DNA from: Eledone cirrhosa | Taxonomy: Eukaryota | DNA: 64,000 bases | Assembly: GCA_964016885.1 (NCBI GenBank) | Contig: OZ024745.1 | Span: 42,346,001-42,410,000 of the forward strand | Reading direction: 5' to 3' | Shown here: one piece after another, positions 1 through 14,100 of the stretch | Position numbering within the stretch: position 1 is the stretch's first letter | How the letters are laid out: each line of letters begins with the position of its first letter | Made by a program: the position numbers and the translations under genes | The notes under the pieces: generated by a model | Database searches by the model: none | The model's input: the letters and a program-made list of their open reading frames with translations, nothing else | Told to the model about the DNA's origin: nothing

Positions 1-3000
1 CAGAGTGAATCCTGGCTTCTGTGAACTGTAGTCTAAACATTGTTGCAGATGACTAGATGACTAGGCAATAGAATGCAGAGTGACTCCTTGCTTCAGTGAA
101 GTATAGTCTAACCATTGTTGCAGATGACTAGATGGCTAGGCAATAGAATGCAGAGTGACTCCTGGATTCTGTGAACTATAGTCTCACCTTATTGCAGATG
201 ACTAGATGACTAGGCAATAGAATGCAGAGTGACTCCTGGCTTCAGTGAAGTATAGTCTAACCATTGTTGCAGATGACTAGATGACTAGGCAATAGAATGC
301 AGTGACTCCTGGCTTCAGTGAAGTATAGTCTAACCATTGTTGCAGATGACTAGATGACTAGGCAATAGAATGCAGAATGACTCCTGGCTTCAGTGAACTG
401 TAGTCTAATCATTGTTGCAGATGACTAGATGATTAGGTAATAGATTGCAGAGTGACTGCGGGCTTCAGTGAAGTATAGTCTCACCTTATTGCAGATGACT
501 AGATGACTAGGCAATAGAATGCAGTGACTCCTGGCTTCAGTGAAGTATAGTCTAACCATTGTTTCAGATGACTAGATGACTAGGCAATAGAATGCAGAAT
601 GACTCCTGGCTTCTGTGAACTATAGTCCCACCTTAATTCAGATGACTAGATTACTACGCAATAGAATGCAGAGTGACTCCTGGCTTCAGTGAACTATAGT
701 CTCACATTATTGCAGATGACTAGAAGACTAGGCAATAGAATGCAGAGTGACTCCTGGCTTCTGTGAACTGTTGTATAATCATTGTTGCAGATGACTAGAT
801 GACTAGGCAATAGATTGCAGAGTGACTCCGGGTTCAGTGAAGTATAGTCTCACCTTATTGCAGATGACTAGATGACTAGGCAATAGAATGCAGAGTGACT
901 CCTGGCTTCAGTGAACTATAGACTCACCTTATTGCAAATGACGAGATGACTAGTCAATAGAAAGCAGAGTGACTCCTGGCTTCTGTGAACTATAGTCTCA
1001 CCTTATTGCAGATGAACTAGATGACTAGGCAATAGAATGCAGAGTGACTCCTGGCTTCAGTGAAGTATAGTCTAACCATTGTTGCAGATGACTAGATGAC
1101 TAGGCAATAGAATGCAGAGTGACTCCTGGCTTCTGTGAACTATAGTCTCACCTTATTGCAGATGACTAGATGACTAGGCAATAGAATGCAGAGTGACTCC
1201 TGGCTTCAGTGAAGTATAGTCTAACCATTGTTGCAGATGACTAGATGACTAGACAATAGAATGCAGAGTGACTCCTGGCTTCAGTGAACTATATTCTCAG
1301 CTTATTGCGGATGACTAGATGACTAGGCAATAGAATGCAGAGTGACTCCTGACTTCAGTGAACTATAGTTTCACCTTATTGCAGATGACTAGATGACTAG
1401 GCAAAAGAATGCAAAGTGACTCCGGGTTTCAATGAACTATAGTCTCACCTTATTGCAGATGACTAGATGACTAGGCAATAGAATGCAGTGACACCTGGCT
1501 TCAGTGAAGTATAGTCTAACCATTGTTGCAGATGAATAGATGACTAGTCAATAGAATGCAGAGGGACTCCTGGCTTCAGTGAACTATAGTCTAACCATTG
1601 TTTCAGATGACTAGATGACTAGGCAATAGAATGCAGAATGACTCCTGGCTTCTGTGAACTATAGTCCCACCTTATTGCAGATGACTAGATTAACGCAATA
1701 GAATGCAGAGTGACTCCTGGCTTCTGTGAACTGTAGTCTAAACATTGTTGCAGATGACTAGATGACTAGGCAATAGATTGCAGAGTGACTCCGGGTTCAG
1801 TGAAGTATAGTCTCACCTTATTGCAGATGACTAGATGACTAGGCAATAGAATGCAGAGTGACTCCTGGCTTAAGTGAACTATAGTCTCACCTTATTGCAG
1901 ATGACTAGATGACTAGGCAATAGAATGCAGAGTGACTCCTTGCTTCAGTGAAGTATAGCCTAACCATTGTTGCAGATGACTAGATGACTAGACAATAGAA
2001 TGCAGTGACTCCTGCCTTCAGTGAAGTATAGTCTAACCATTGTTGCAGATGACTAGATGACTAGATGACTAGGCAATAGAATGCAGAATGACTCCTGGCT
2101 TCAGTGAACTATAGTCTCAACTTATTGCAGATGACTAGATGACTAGACAATAGAATGGAGAGTGACTCCTGGCTTCTGTGAACTGTAGTCTAATCATTGT
2201 TGCAGAAGACTAGATGACTAGGCAATAGAATGCAGAGTGACTCCTTGCTTCAGTGAAGTATAGTCTAACCATTGTTGCAGATGACTAGATGACTAGACAA
2301 TAGAATGCAGTGACTCCTGCCTTCAGTGAAGTATAGTCTAACCATTGTTGCAGATGACTAGATGACTAGATGACTAGGCAATAGAATGCAGAATGACTCC
2401 TGGCTTCAGTGAACTATAGTCTCAACTTATTGCAGATGACTAGATGACTAGGCAATAGAATGCAGTGACTCCTGGCTTCAGTGAAGTATAGTCTAACCAT
2501 TGTTTCAGAAGACTAGATGACTAGGCAATAGATTGCAGAGTGACTCCGGGTTCAGTGAAGTATAGTCTCACCTTATTGCAGATGACTAGATGACTAGGCA
2601 ATAGAATGCAGAGTGACTCCTGGCTTCAGTGAACTATAGACTCACCTTATTGCAAATGACGAGATGACTAGGCAATAGAATGCAGAGTGACTCCTGGCTT
2701 CTGTGAACTATAGTCTCACCTTATTGCAGATGACTAGATGACTAGGCAATAGAATGCAGAGTGACTCCTGGCTTAAGTGAAGTATAGTCTAACCATTGTT
2801 GCAGATGACTAGATGACTAGGCAATAGAATGCAGAGTAACTCCTGGCTTCTGTGAACTATAGTCTCACCTTATTGCAGATGACTAGATGACTAGGCAATA
2901 GAATGCAGAGTGACTCCTGGCTTCAGTGAAGTATAGTCTAACCATTGTTGCAGATGACTAGATGACTAGGCAATAGAATGCAGAGTGACTCCTGGCTTCT

Positions 3001-4759
3001 GTGAACTATAGTCGCACCTTATTGCAGATGACTAGATGACTAGGCAATAGAATGCAGAGTGACTCCTGGCTTCAGTGAAGTATAGTCTAACCATTGTTGC
3101 AGATGACTAGATGACTAGGCAATAGAATGCAGTGTGACTCCTGGCTTCAGTGAACTATAGTCTCACCTTATTGCAGATGACTAGATGACTAGGCAATAGA
3201 ATGCAGAGGGACTCCTGGCTTCAGTGAACTATAGTCTAACCATTGTTTCAGATGACTAGATGACTAGGCAATAGAATGCAGAATGACTCCTGGCTTCTGT
3301 GAACTATAGTCCCACCTTATTGCAGATGACTAGATTAACGCAATAGAATGCAGAGTGACTCTTGGCTTCAGTGAACTATAGTCTCACATTATTGCAGATG
3401 ACTAGAATACTAGGCAATAGAATGCAGAGTGACTCCTGGCTTCTGTGAACTGTAGTCTAACCATTGTTGCAGATGACTAGATGACTAGGCAATAGATTGC
3501 AGAGTGATTCCGGGTTCAGTGAAGTCTAGTCTCACCTTATTGCAGATGACTAGATGACTAGGCAATAGAATGCAGAGTGACTCCTGGCTTCAGTGAACTA
3601 TAGGCTCACCTTATTGCAGATGACTAGATGACTAAGCAAAATAATGCAGAGTGACTGCTGGCTTCAGTGAACTATAGTCTCACCTTATTGCAGATGACTA
3701 GATGACTAGGCAATAGAATACAGAGGGACTCCTGGCTTCAGTGAACTATAGTCTCAGCTTATTGCGGATGACTAGATGACTAGGCAATAGAAATGCAGAG
3801 TGACTCCTGACTTCAGTGAAGTATAGTCTCACCTTATTGCAGATGACTAGATGTCTAGGCAAAAGAATGCAGAGTGACTCCGGGTTTCAATGAACTATAG
3901 TCTTACCTTATTGCAGATGACTAGATGACTAGGCAATAGAATGCAGTGACTCCTGGCTTCAGTGAAGTATAGTCTAACCATTGTTGCAGATGACTAGATG
4001 ACTAGGCAATAGATTGCAGAGTGACTCCGGGTTTCAGTGAACTATAGTCTCACCTTATTGCAGATGACTAGATGACTAGGCAATAGAATGCAGAGTGACT
4101 CCTGGCTTCTGTGAACTATAGTCTCACCTTATTGCAGATGACTAGATTACTACGCAATAGAATGCAGAGTGACTCCTGGCTTCAGTGAACTATAGTCTCA
4201 CATTATTGCAGATGACTAGAAGACTAGGCAATAGAATGCAGAGTGACTCCTGGCTTCTGTGAACTGTAGTCTAACCATTGTTGCAGATGACTAGATAACT
4301 AGGCAATAGATTCCAGAGTGACTCCTGGCTTCAGTGAAGTATAGTCTAACCATTGTTGCAGATGACTAGATGACTAGGCAATAGAATGCAGAGTGACTCC
4401 TGGCTTCTGTGAACTATAGTCTCACCTTATTGCAGATGACTAGATGACTAGGCAATAGAATGCAGAGTGACTCCTGGCTTCAGTGAAGTATAGTCTAACC
4501 ATTGTTGCAGATGACTAGATGACTAGACAATAGAATGCAGAGTGACTCCTGGCTTCAGTGAACTATATTCTCAGCTTATTGCGGATGACTAGATGACTAG
4601 GCAATAGAATGCAGAGTGACTCCTGACTTCAGTGAACTATAGTTTCACCTTATTGCAGATGACTAGATGACTAGGCAATAGAATGCAGAGTGACTCCTGG
4701 CTTCTGTGAACTATAGTCGCACCTTATTGCAGATGACTAGATGACTAGGCAATAGAATG

Positions 4760-4834
4760 CAGAGTGACTCCTGGCTTCAGTGAAGTATAGTCTAACCATT
4801 GTTGCAGATGACTAGATGACTAGGCAATAGAATG
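4760..4834 (+). repeat. Representative type-B monomer (75 bp; AAGTATAGTCTAACCATTGTTG)
   Basis: Read directly: cagagtgactcctggcttcagtgaagtatagtctaaccattgttgcagatgactagatgactaggcaatagaatg. Confidence 0.97.
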
Positions 4835-4908
4835 CAGAGTGACTCCTGGCTTCAGTGAACTATAGTCTCACCTTATTGCAGATGACTAGATGACTAGGCA
4901 ATAGAATG
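4835..4908 (+). repeat. Representative type-A monomer (74 bp; AACTATAGTCTCACCTTATTG)
   Basis: Read directly: cagagtgactcctggcttcagtgaactatagtctcaccttattgcagatgactagatgactaggcaatagaatg. Confidence 0.97.
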
Positions 4909-7020
4909 CAGAGGGACTCCTGGCTTCAGTGAACTATAGTCTAACCATTGTTTCAGATGACTAGATGACTCGGCAATAGAATGCAGAATGACTCCTGGCT
5001 TCTGTGAACTATAGTCCCACCTTATTGCAGATGACTAGATTAACGCAATAGAATGCAGAGTGACTCTTGGCTTCAGTGAACTATAGTCTCACATTATTGC
5101 AGATGACTAGAATACTAGTCAATAGAATGCAGAGTGACTCCTGGCTTCTGTGAACTGTAGTCTAACCATTGTTGCAGATGACTAGATGACTAGGCAATAA
5201 ATTGCAGAGTGATTCCGGGTTCAGTGAAGTCTAGTCTCACCTTATTGCAGATGACTAGATGACTAGACAATAGAATGCAGAGTGACTCCTGGTTTCAGTG
5301 AACTATAGGCTCACCTTATTGCAGATGACTAGATGACTAAGCAAAAGAATGCAGAATGACTGCTGGCTTCAGTGAACTATAGTCTCACCTTATTGCAGAT
5401 GACTAGATGACTAGGCAATAGAATACAGAGGGACTCCTGGCTTCAGTGAACTATAGTCTCAGCTTATTGCGGATGACTAGATGACTAGGCAATAGAATGC
5501 AGAGTGACTCCTGACTTCAGTGAAGTATAGTCTCACCTTATTGCAGATGACTAGATGTCTAGGCAAAAGAATGCAGAGTGACTCCGGGTTTCAATGAACT
5601 ATAGTCTTACCTTATTGCAGATGACTAAAATGACTAGGCAATAGAATGCAGTGACTCCTGGCTTCAGTGAAGTATAGTCTAACCATTGTTGCAGATGACT
5701 AGATGACTAGGCAATAGATTGCAGAGTGACTCCGGGTTTCAGTGCACTATAGTCTCACCTTATTGCAGATGACTAGATGACTAGGCAATAGAATGCAGAG
5801 TGACTCCTGGCTTCTGTGAACTATAGTCTCACCTTATTGCAGATGACTAGATTACTACGCAATAGAATGCAGAGTGACTCCTGGCTTCAGTGAACTATAG
5901 TCTCACATTATTGCAGATGACTAGAAGACTAGGCAATAGAATGCAGAGTGACTCCTGGCTTCTGTGAACTGTAGTCTAACCATTGTTGCAGATGACTAGA
6001 TAACTAGGCAATAGATTGCAGAGTGACTCCGGGTTCAGTGAAGTATAGTCTCACCTTATTGCAGATGACTAGATGACTAGGCAATAGAATGCAGAGTGAC
6101 TCCTGGCTTCAGTGAACTATAGGCTCACCTTATTGCAGATGACTAGATGACTAAGCAAAAGAATGCAGAGTGACTGCTGGCTTCAGTGAACTATAGTCTC
6201 ACCTTATTGCAGATGACTAGATGACTAGGCAATAGAATACAGAGGGACTCCTGGCTTCAGTGAACTATAGTCTCAGCTTATTGCGGATGACTAGATGACT
6301 AGGCAATAGAATGCAGAGTGACTCCTGACTTCAGTGAAGTATAGTCTCACCTTATTGCAGATGACTAGATGTCTAGGCAAAAGAATGCAGAGTGACTCCG
6401 GGTTTCAATGAACTATAGTCTTACCTTATTGCAGATGACTAGATGACTAGGCAATAGAATGCAGTGACTCCTGGCTTCAGTGAAGTATAGTCTAACCATT
6501 GTTGCAGATGACTAGATGACTAGGCAATAGATTGCAGAGTGACTCCGGGTTTCAGTGAACTATAGTCTCACCTTATTGCAGATGACTAGATGACTAGGCA
6601 ATAGAATGCAGAGTGACTCCTGGCTTCTGTGAACTATAGTCTCACCTTATTGCAGATGACTAGATTACTACGCAATAGAATGCAGAGTGACTCCTGGCTT
6701 CAGTGAACTATAGTCTCACATTATTGCAGATGACTAGAAGACTAGGCAATAGAATGCAGAGTGACTCCTGGCTTCTGTGAACTGTAGTCTAACCATTGTT
6801 GCAGATGACTAGATAACTAGGCAATAGATTGCAGAGTGACTCCGGGTTCAGTGAAGTATAGTCTCACCTTATTGCAGATGACTAGATGACTAGGCAATAG
6901 AATGCAGAGTGACTCCTGGCTTCAGTGAACTATAGTCTCACCTTAGTGCAGATGACTAGATGACTAGGCAATAGAATGCAGAGTGACTCCTGGCTTCTGT
7001 GAACTATAGTCGCACCTTTT

Positions 7021-10000
7021 TGCAGATGACTAGATGACTAGGCAATAGAATGCAGAGTGACTCCTGGCTTCAGTGAAGTATAGTCTAACCATTGTTGCAG
7101 ATGACTAGATGACTAGGCAATAGAATGCAGAGTGACTCCTGGCTTCAGTGAACTATATTCTCAGCTTATTGCGGATGACTAGATGACTAGGCAATAGAAT
7201 GCAGAGTGACTCCTGACTTCATTGAACTATAGTCTCACCTTATTGCAGATGACTAGATGACTAGGCAAAAGAATGCAAAGTGACTCCGGGTTTCAATGAA
7301 CTATAGTCTCACCTTATTGCAGATGACTAGATGACTAGGCAATAGAATGCAGTGACTCCTGGCTTCAGTGAAGTATAGTCTAGCCATTGATGCAGATGAC
7401 AAGATGACTAGGCAATAGAATGCAGAGGGACTCCTGGCTTCATTGAACTATAGTCTAACCATTGTTTCAGATGACTAGATGACTAGGCAATAGAATGCAG
7501 AATGACTCCTGGCTTCTGTGAACTATAGTCCCACCTTATTGCAGATGACTAGATTAACGCAATAGAATGCAGAGTGACTCTTGGCTTCAGTGAACTATAG
7601 TCTCACATTATTGCAGATGACTAGAAACTAGGCAATAGAATGCAGAGTGAATCCTGGCTTCTGTGAACTGTAGTCTAAACATTGTTGCAGATGACTAGAT
7701 GACTAGGCAATAGAATGCAGAGTGACTCCGGGTTCAGTGAAGTATAGTCTCACCTTATTGCAGATGACTAGATGACTAGGCAATAGAATGCAGAGTGACT
7801 CCTGGCTTAAGTGAACTATAGTCTCACCTTATTGCAGATGACTAGATGACTAGGCAATAGAATGCAGAGGGACTCCTGGCTTCAGTGAAATATAGTCTCA
7901 CCTTATTGCAGATGACTAGATGATTAGGCAATAGAATGCAGAGTGACTCCTTGCTTCAGTGAAGTATAGTCTAACCATTGTTGCAGATGACTAGATGGCT
8001 AGGCAATAGAATGCAGAGTGACTCCTGGATTCTGTGAACTATAGTCTCACCTTATTGCAGATGACTAGATGACTAGGCAATAGAATGCAGAGTGACTCCT
8101 GGCTTCAGTGAAGTATAGTCTAACCATTGTTGCAGATGACTAGATGACTAGGCAATAGAATGCAGTGACTCCTGGCTTCAGTGAAGTATAGTCTAACCAT
8201 TGTTGCAGATGACTAGATGACTAGGCAATAGAATGCAGAATGACTCCTGGCTTCAGTGAACTGTAGTCTAATCATTGTTGCAGATGACTAGATGATTAGG
8301 TAATAGATTGCAGAGTGACTGCGGGCTTCAGTGAAGTATAGTCTCACCTTATTGCAGATGACTAGATGACTAGGCAATAGAATGCAGTGACTCCTGGCTT
8401 CAGTGAAGTATAGTCTAACCATTGTTTCAGATGACTAGATGACTAGGCAATAGAATGCAGAATGACTCCTGGCTTCTGTGAACTATAGTCCCACCTTAAT
8501 TCAGATGACTAGATTACTACGCAATAGAATGCAGAGTGACTCCTGGCTTCAGTGAACTATAGTCTCACATTATTGCAGATGACTAGAAGACTAGGCAATA
8601 GAATGCAGAGTGACTCCTGGCTTCTGTGAACTGTTGTATAATCATTGTTGCAGATGACTAGATGACTAGGCAATAGATTGCAGAGTGACTCCGGGTTCAG
8701 TGAAGTATAGTCTCACCTTATTGCAGATGACTAGATGACTAGGCAATAGAATGCAGAGTGACTCCTGGCTTCAGTGAACTATAGACTCACCTTATTGCAA
8801 ATGACGAGATGACTAGTCAATAGAAAGCAGAGTGACTCCTGGCTTCTGTGAACTATAGTCTCACCTTATTGCAGATGAACTAGATGACTAGGCAATAGAA
8901 TGCAGAGTGACTCCTGGCTTCAGTGAAGTATAGTCTAACCATTGTTGCAGATGACTAGATGACTAGGCAATAGAATGCAGAGTGACTCCTGGCTTCTGTG
9001 AACTATAGTCTCACCTTATTGCAGATGACTAGATGACTAGGCAATAGAATGCAGAGTGACTCCTGGCTTCAGTGAAGTATAGTCTAACCATTGTTGCAGA
9101 TGACTAGATGACTAGGCAATAGAATGCAGAGTGACTCCTGGCTTCAGTGAACTATATTCTCAGCTTATTGCGGATGACTAGATGACTAGGCAATAGAATG
9201 CAGAGTGACTCCTGACTTCATTGAACTATAGTCTCACCTTATTGCAGATGACTAGATGACTAGGCAAAAGAATGCAAAGTGACTCCGGGTTTCAATGAAC
9301 TATAGTCTCACCTTATTGCAGATGACTAGATGACTAGGCAATAGAATGCAGTGACTCCTGGCTTCAGTGAAGTATAGTCTAGCCATTGTTGCAGATGACA
9401 AGATGACTAGGCAATAGAATGCAGAGGGACTCCTGGCTTCATTGAACTATAGTCTAACCATTGTTTCAGATGACTAGATGACTAGGCAATAGAATGCAGA
9501 ATGACTCCTGGCTTCTGTGAACTATAGTCCCACCTTATTGCAGATGACTAGATTAACGCAATAGAATGCAGAGTGACTCTTGGCTTCAGTGAACTATAGT
9601 CTCACATTATTGCAGATGACTAGAAACTAGGCAATAGAATGCAGAGTGAATCCTGGCTTCTGTGAACTGTAGTCTAAACATTGTTGCAGATGACTAGATG
9701 ACTAGGCAATAGAATGCAGAGTGACTCCGGGTTCAGTGAAGTATAGTCTCACCTTATTGCAGATGACTAGATGACTAGGCAATAGAATGCAGAGTGACTC
9801 CTGGCTTAAGTGAACTATAGTCTCACCTTATTGCAGATGACTAGATGACTAGGCAATAGAATGCAGAGGGACTCCTGGCTTCAGTGAAATATAGTCTCAC
9901 CTTATTGCAGATGACTAGATGATTAGGCAATAGAATGCAGAGTGACTCCTTGCTTCAGTGAAGTATAGTCTAACCATTGTTGCAGATGACTAGATGGCTA

Positions 10001-11100
10001 GGCAATAGAATGCAGAGTGACTCCTGGATTCTGTGAACTATAGTCTCACCTTATTGCAGATGACTAGATGACTAGGCAATAGAATGCAGAGTGACTCCTG
10101 GCTTCAGTGAAGTATAGTCTAACCATTGTTGCAGATGACTAGATGACTAGGCAATAGAATGCAGTGACTCCTGGCTTCAGTGAAGTATAGTCTAACCATT
10201 GTTGCAGATGACTAGATGACTAGGCAATAGAATGCAGAATGACTCCTGGCTTCAGTGAACTGTAGTCTAATCATTGTTGCAGATGACTAGATGATTAGGT
10301 AATAGATTGCAGAGTGACTGCGGGCTTCAGTGAAGTATAGTCTCACCTTATTGCAGATGACTAGATGACTAGGCAATAGAATGCAGTGACTCCTGGCTTC
10401 AGTGAAGTATAGTCTAACCATTGTTTCAGATGACTAGATGACTAGGCAATAGAATGCAGAATGACTCCTGGCTTCTGTGAACTATAGTCCCACCTTAATT
10501 CAGATGACTAGATTACTACGCAATAGAATGCAGAGTGACTCCTGGCTTCAGTGAACTATAGTCTCACATTATTGCAGATGACTAGAAGACTAGGCAATAG
10601 AATGCAGAGTGACTCCTGGCTTCTGTGAACTGTTGTATAATCATTGTTGCAGATGACTAGATGACTAGGCAATAGATTGCAGAGTGACTCCGGGTTCAGT
10701 GAAGTATAGTCTCACCTTATTGCAGATGACTAGATGACTAGGCAATAGAATGCAGAGTGACTCCTGGCTTCAGTGAACTATAGACTCACCTTATTGCAAA
10801 TGACGAGATGACTAGTCAATAGAAAGCAGAGTGACTCCTGGCTTCTGTGAACTATAGTCTCACCTTATTGCAGATGAACTAGATGACTAGGCAATAGAAT
10901 GCAGAGTGACTCCTGGCTTCAGTGAAGTATAGTCTAACCATTGTTGCAGATGACTAGATGACTAGGCAATAGAATGCAGAGTGACTCCTGGCTTCTGTGA
11001 ACTATAGTCTCACCTTATTGCAGATGACTAGATGACTAGGCAATAGAATGCAGAGTGACTCCTGGCTTCAGTGAAGTATAGTCTAACCATTGTTGCAGAT
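7021..11100. repeat. Tandem duplication, 1999-bp period (27 monomers)
   Basis: CAGAGTGAATCC at 7643 and 9642; GATGAACTAG insertion at 8874 and 10873. Confidence 0.9.
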
Positions 11101-14100
11101 GCCTAGATGACTAGGCAATAGAATGCAGAGTGACTCCTGGCTTCAGTGAACTATATTCTCAGCTTATTGCGGATGACTAGATGACTAGGCAATAGAATGC
11201 AGAGTGACTCCTGACTTGAGTGAACTATAGTTTCACCTTATTGCAGATGACTAGATGACTAGGCAAAAGAATGCAAAGTGACTCCGGGTTTCAATGAACT
11301 ATAGTCTCACCTTATTGCAGATGACTAGATGACTAGGCAATAGAATGCAGTGACTCCTGGCTTCAGTGAAGTATAGTCTAACCATTGTTGCAGATGACTA
11401 GATGACTAGTCAATAGAATGCAGAGGGACTCCTGGCTTCAGTGAACTATAGTCTAACCATTGTTTCAGATGACTAGATGACTAGGCAATAGAATGCAGAA
11501 TGACTCCTGGCTTCTGTGAACTATAGTCCCACCTTATTGCAGATGACTAGATTAACGCAATAGAATGCAGAGTGACTCCTGGCTTCTGTGAACTGTAGTC
11601 TAAACATTGTTGCAGATGACTAGATGACTAGGCAATAGATTGCAGAGTGACTCCGGGTTCAGTGAAGTATAGTCTCACCTTATTGCAGATGACTAGATGA
11701 CTAGGCAATAGAATGCAGAGTGACTCCTGGCTTAAGTGAACTATAGTCTCACCTTATTGCAGATGACTAGATGACTAGGCAATAGAATGCAGAGTGACTC
11801 CTTGCTTCAGTGAAGTATAGTCTAACCATTGTTGCAGATGACTAGATGACTAGATGACTAGGCAATAGAATGCAGAATGACTCCTGGCTTCAGTGAACTA
11901 TAGTCTCAACTTATTGCAGATGACTAGATGACTAGGCAATAGAATGGAGAGTGACTCCTGGCTTCTGTGAACTGTAGTCTAATCATTGTTGCAGAAGACT
12001 AGATGACTAGGCAATAGAATGCAGAGTGACTCCTTGCTTCAGTGAAGTATAGTCTAACCATTGTTGCAGATGACTAGATGACTAGACAATAGAATGCAGT
12101 GACTCCTGCCTTCAGTGAAGTATAGTCTAACCATTGTTGCAGATGACTAGATGACTAGATGACTAGGCAATAGAATGCAGAATGACTCCTGGCTTCAGTG
12201 AACTATAGTCTCAACTTATTGCAGATGACTAGATGACTAGGCAATAGAATGCAGTGACTCCTGGCTTCAGTGAAGTATAGTCTAACCATTGTTTCAGAAG
12301 ACTAGATGACTAGGCAATAGATTGCAGAGTGACTCCGGGTTCAGTGAAGTATAGTCTCACCTTATTGCAGATGACTAGATGACTAGGCAATAGAATGCAG
12401 AGTGACTCCTGGCTTCAGTGAACTATAGACTCACCTTATTGCAAATGACCAGATGACTAGGCAATAGAATGCAGAGTGACTCCTGGCTTCTGTGAACTAT
12501 AGTCTCACCTTATTGCAGATGACTAGATGACTAGGCAATAGAATGCAGAGTGACTCCTGGCTTAAGTGAAGTATAGTCTAACCATTGTTGCAGATGACTA
12601 GATGACTAGGCAATAGAATGCAGAGTAACTCCTGGCTTCTGTGAACTATAGTCTCACCTTATTGCAGATGACTAGATGACTAGGCAATAGAATGCAGAGT
12701 GACTCCTGGCTTCAGTGAAGTATAGTCTAACCATTGTTGCAGATGACTAGATGACTAGGCAATAGAATGCAGAGTGACTCCTGGCTTCTGTGAACTATAG
12801 TCGCACCTTATTGCAGATGACTAGATGACTAGGCAATAGAATGCAGAGTGACTCCTGGCTTCAGTGAAGTATAGTCTAACCATTGTTGCAGATGACTAGA
12901 TGACTAGGCAATAGAATGCAGTGTGACTCCTGGCTTCAGTGAACTATAGTCTCACCTTATTGCAGATGACTAGATGACTAGGCAATAGAATGCAGAGGGA
13001 CTCCTGGCTTCAGTGAACTATAGTCTAACCATTGTTTCAGATGACTAGATGACTAGGCAATAGAATGCAGAATGACTCCTGGCTTCTGTGAACTATAGTC
13101 CCACCTTATTGCAGATGACTAGATTAACGCAATAGAATGCAGAGTGACTCTTGGCTTCAGTGAACTATAGTCTCACATTATTGCAGATGACTAGAATACT
13201 AGGCAATAGAATGCAGAGTGACTCCTGGCTTCTGTGAACTGTAGTCTAACCATTGTTGCAGATGACTAGATGACTAGGCAATAGATTGCAGAGTGATTCC
13301 GGGTTCAGTGAAGTCTAGTCTCACCTTATTGCAGATGACTAGATGACTAGGCAATAGAATGCAGAGTGACTCCTGGCTTCAGTGAACTATAGGCTCACCT
13401 TATTGCAGATGACTAGATGACTAAGCAAAAGAATGCAGAGTGACTGCTGGCTTCAGTGAACTATAGTCTCACCTTATTGCAGATGACTAGATGACTAGGC
13501 AATAGAATACAGAGGGACTCCTGGCTTCAGTGAACTATAGTCTCAGCTTATTGCGGATGACTAGATGACTAGGCAATAGAAATGCAGAGTGACTCCTGAC
13601 TTCAGTGAAGTATAGTCTCACCTTATTGCAGATGACTAGATGTCTAGGCAAAAGAATGCAGAGTGACTCCGGGTTTCAATGAACTATAGTCTTACCTTAT
13701 TGCAGATGACTAGATGACTAGGCAATAGAATGCAGTGACTCCTGGCTTCAGTGAAGTATAGTCTAACCATTGTTGCAGATGACTAGATGACTAGGCAATA
13801 GATTGCAGAGTGACTCCGGGTTTCAGTGAACTATAGTCTCACCTTATTGCAGATGACTAGATGACTAGGCAATAGAATGCAGAGTGACTCCTGGCTTCTG
13901 TGAACTATAGTCTCACCTTATTGCAGATGACTAGATTACTACGCAATAGAATGCAGAGTGACTCCTGGCTTCAGTGAACTATAGTCTCACATTATTGCAG
14001 ATGACTAGAAGACTAGGCAATAGAATGCAGAGTGACTCCTGGCTTCTGTGAACTGTAGTCTAACCATTGTTGCAGATGACTAGATAACTAGGCAATAGAT

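Noticed and set aside
4764-4807. Mini-intron look-alike in each monomer (GTGACT...CTAAC/CTCAC...TTGCAG, 43-44 nt)
   Set aside because: The 31-nt would-be exon has stops in all frames. Monomers with the best donor (GTGAGT, e.g. 57454) carry a broken branch point (CTAGC). Probably coincidental unless spliced RNA reads are found.
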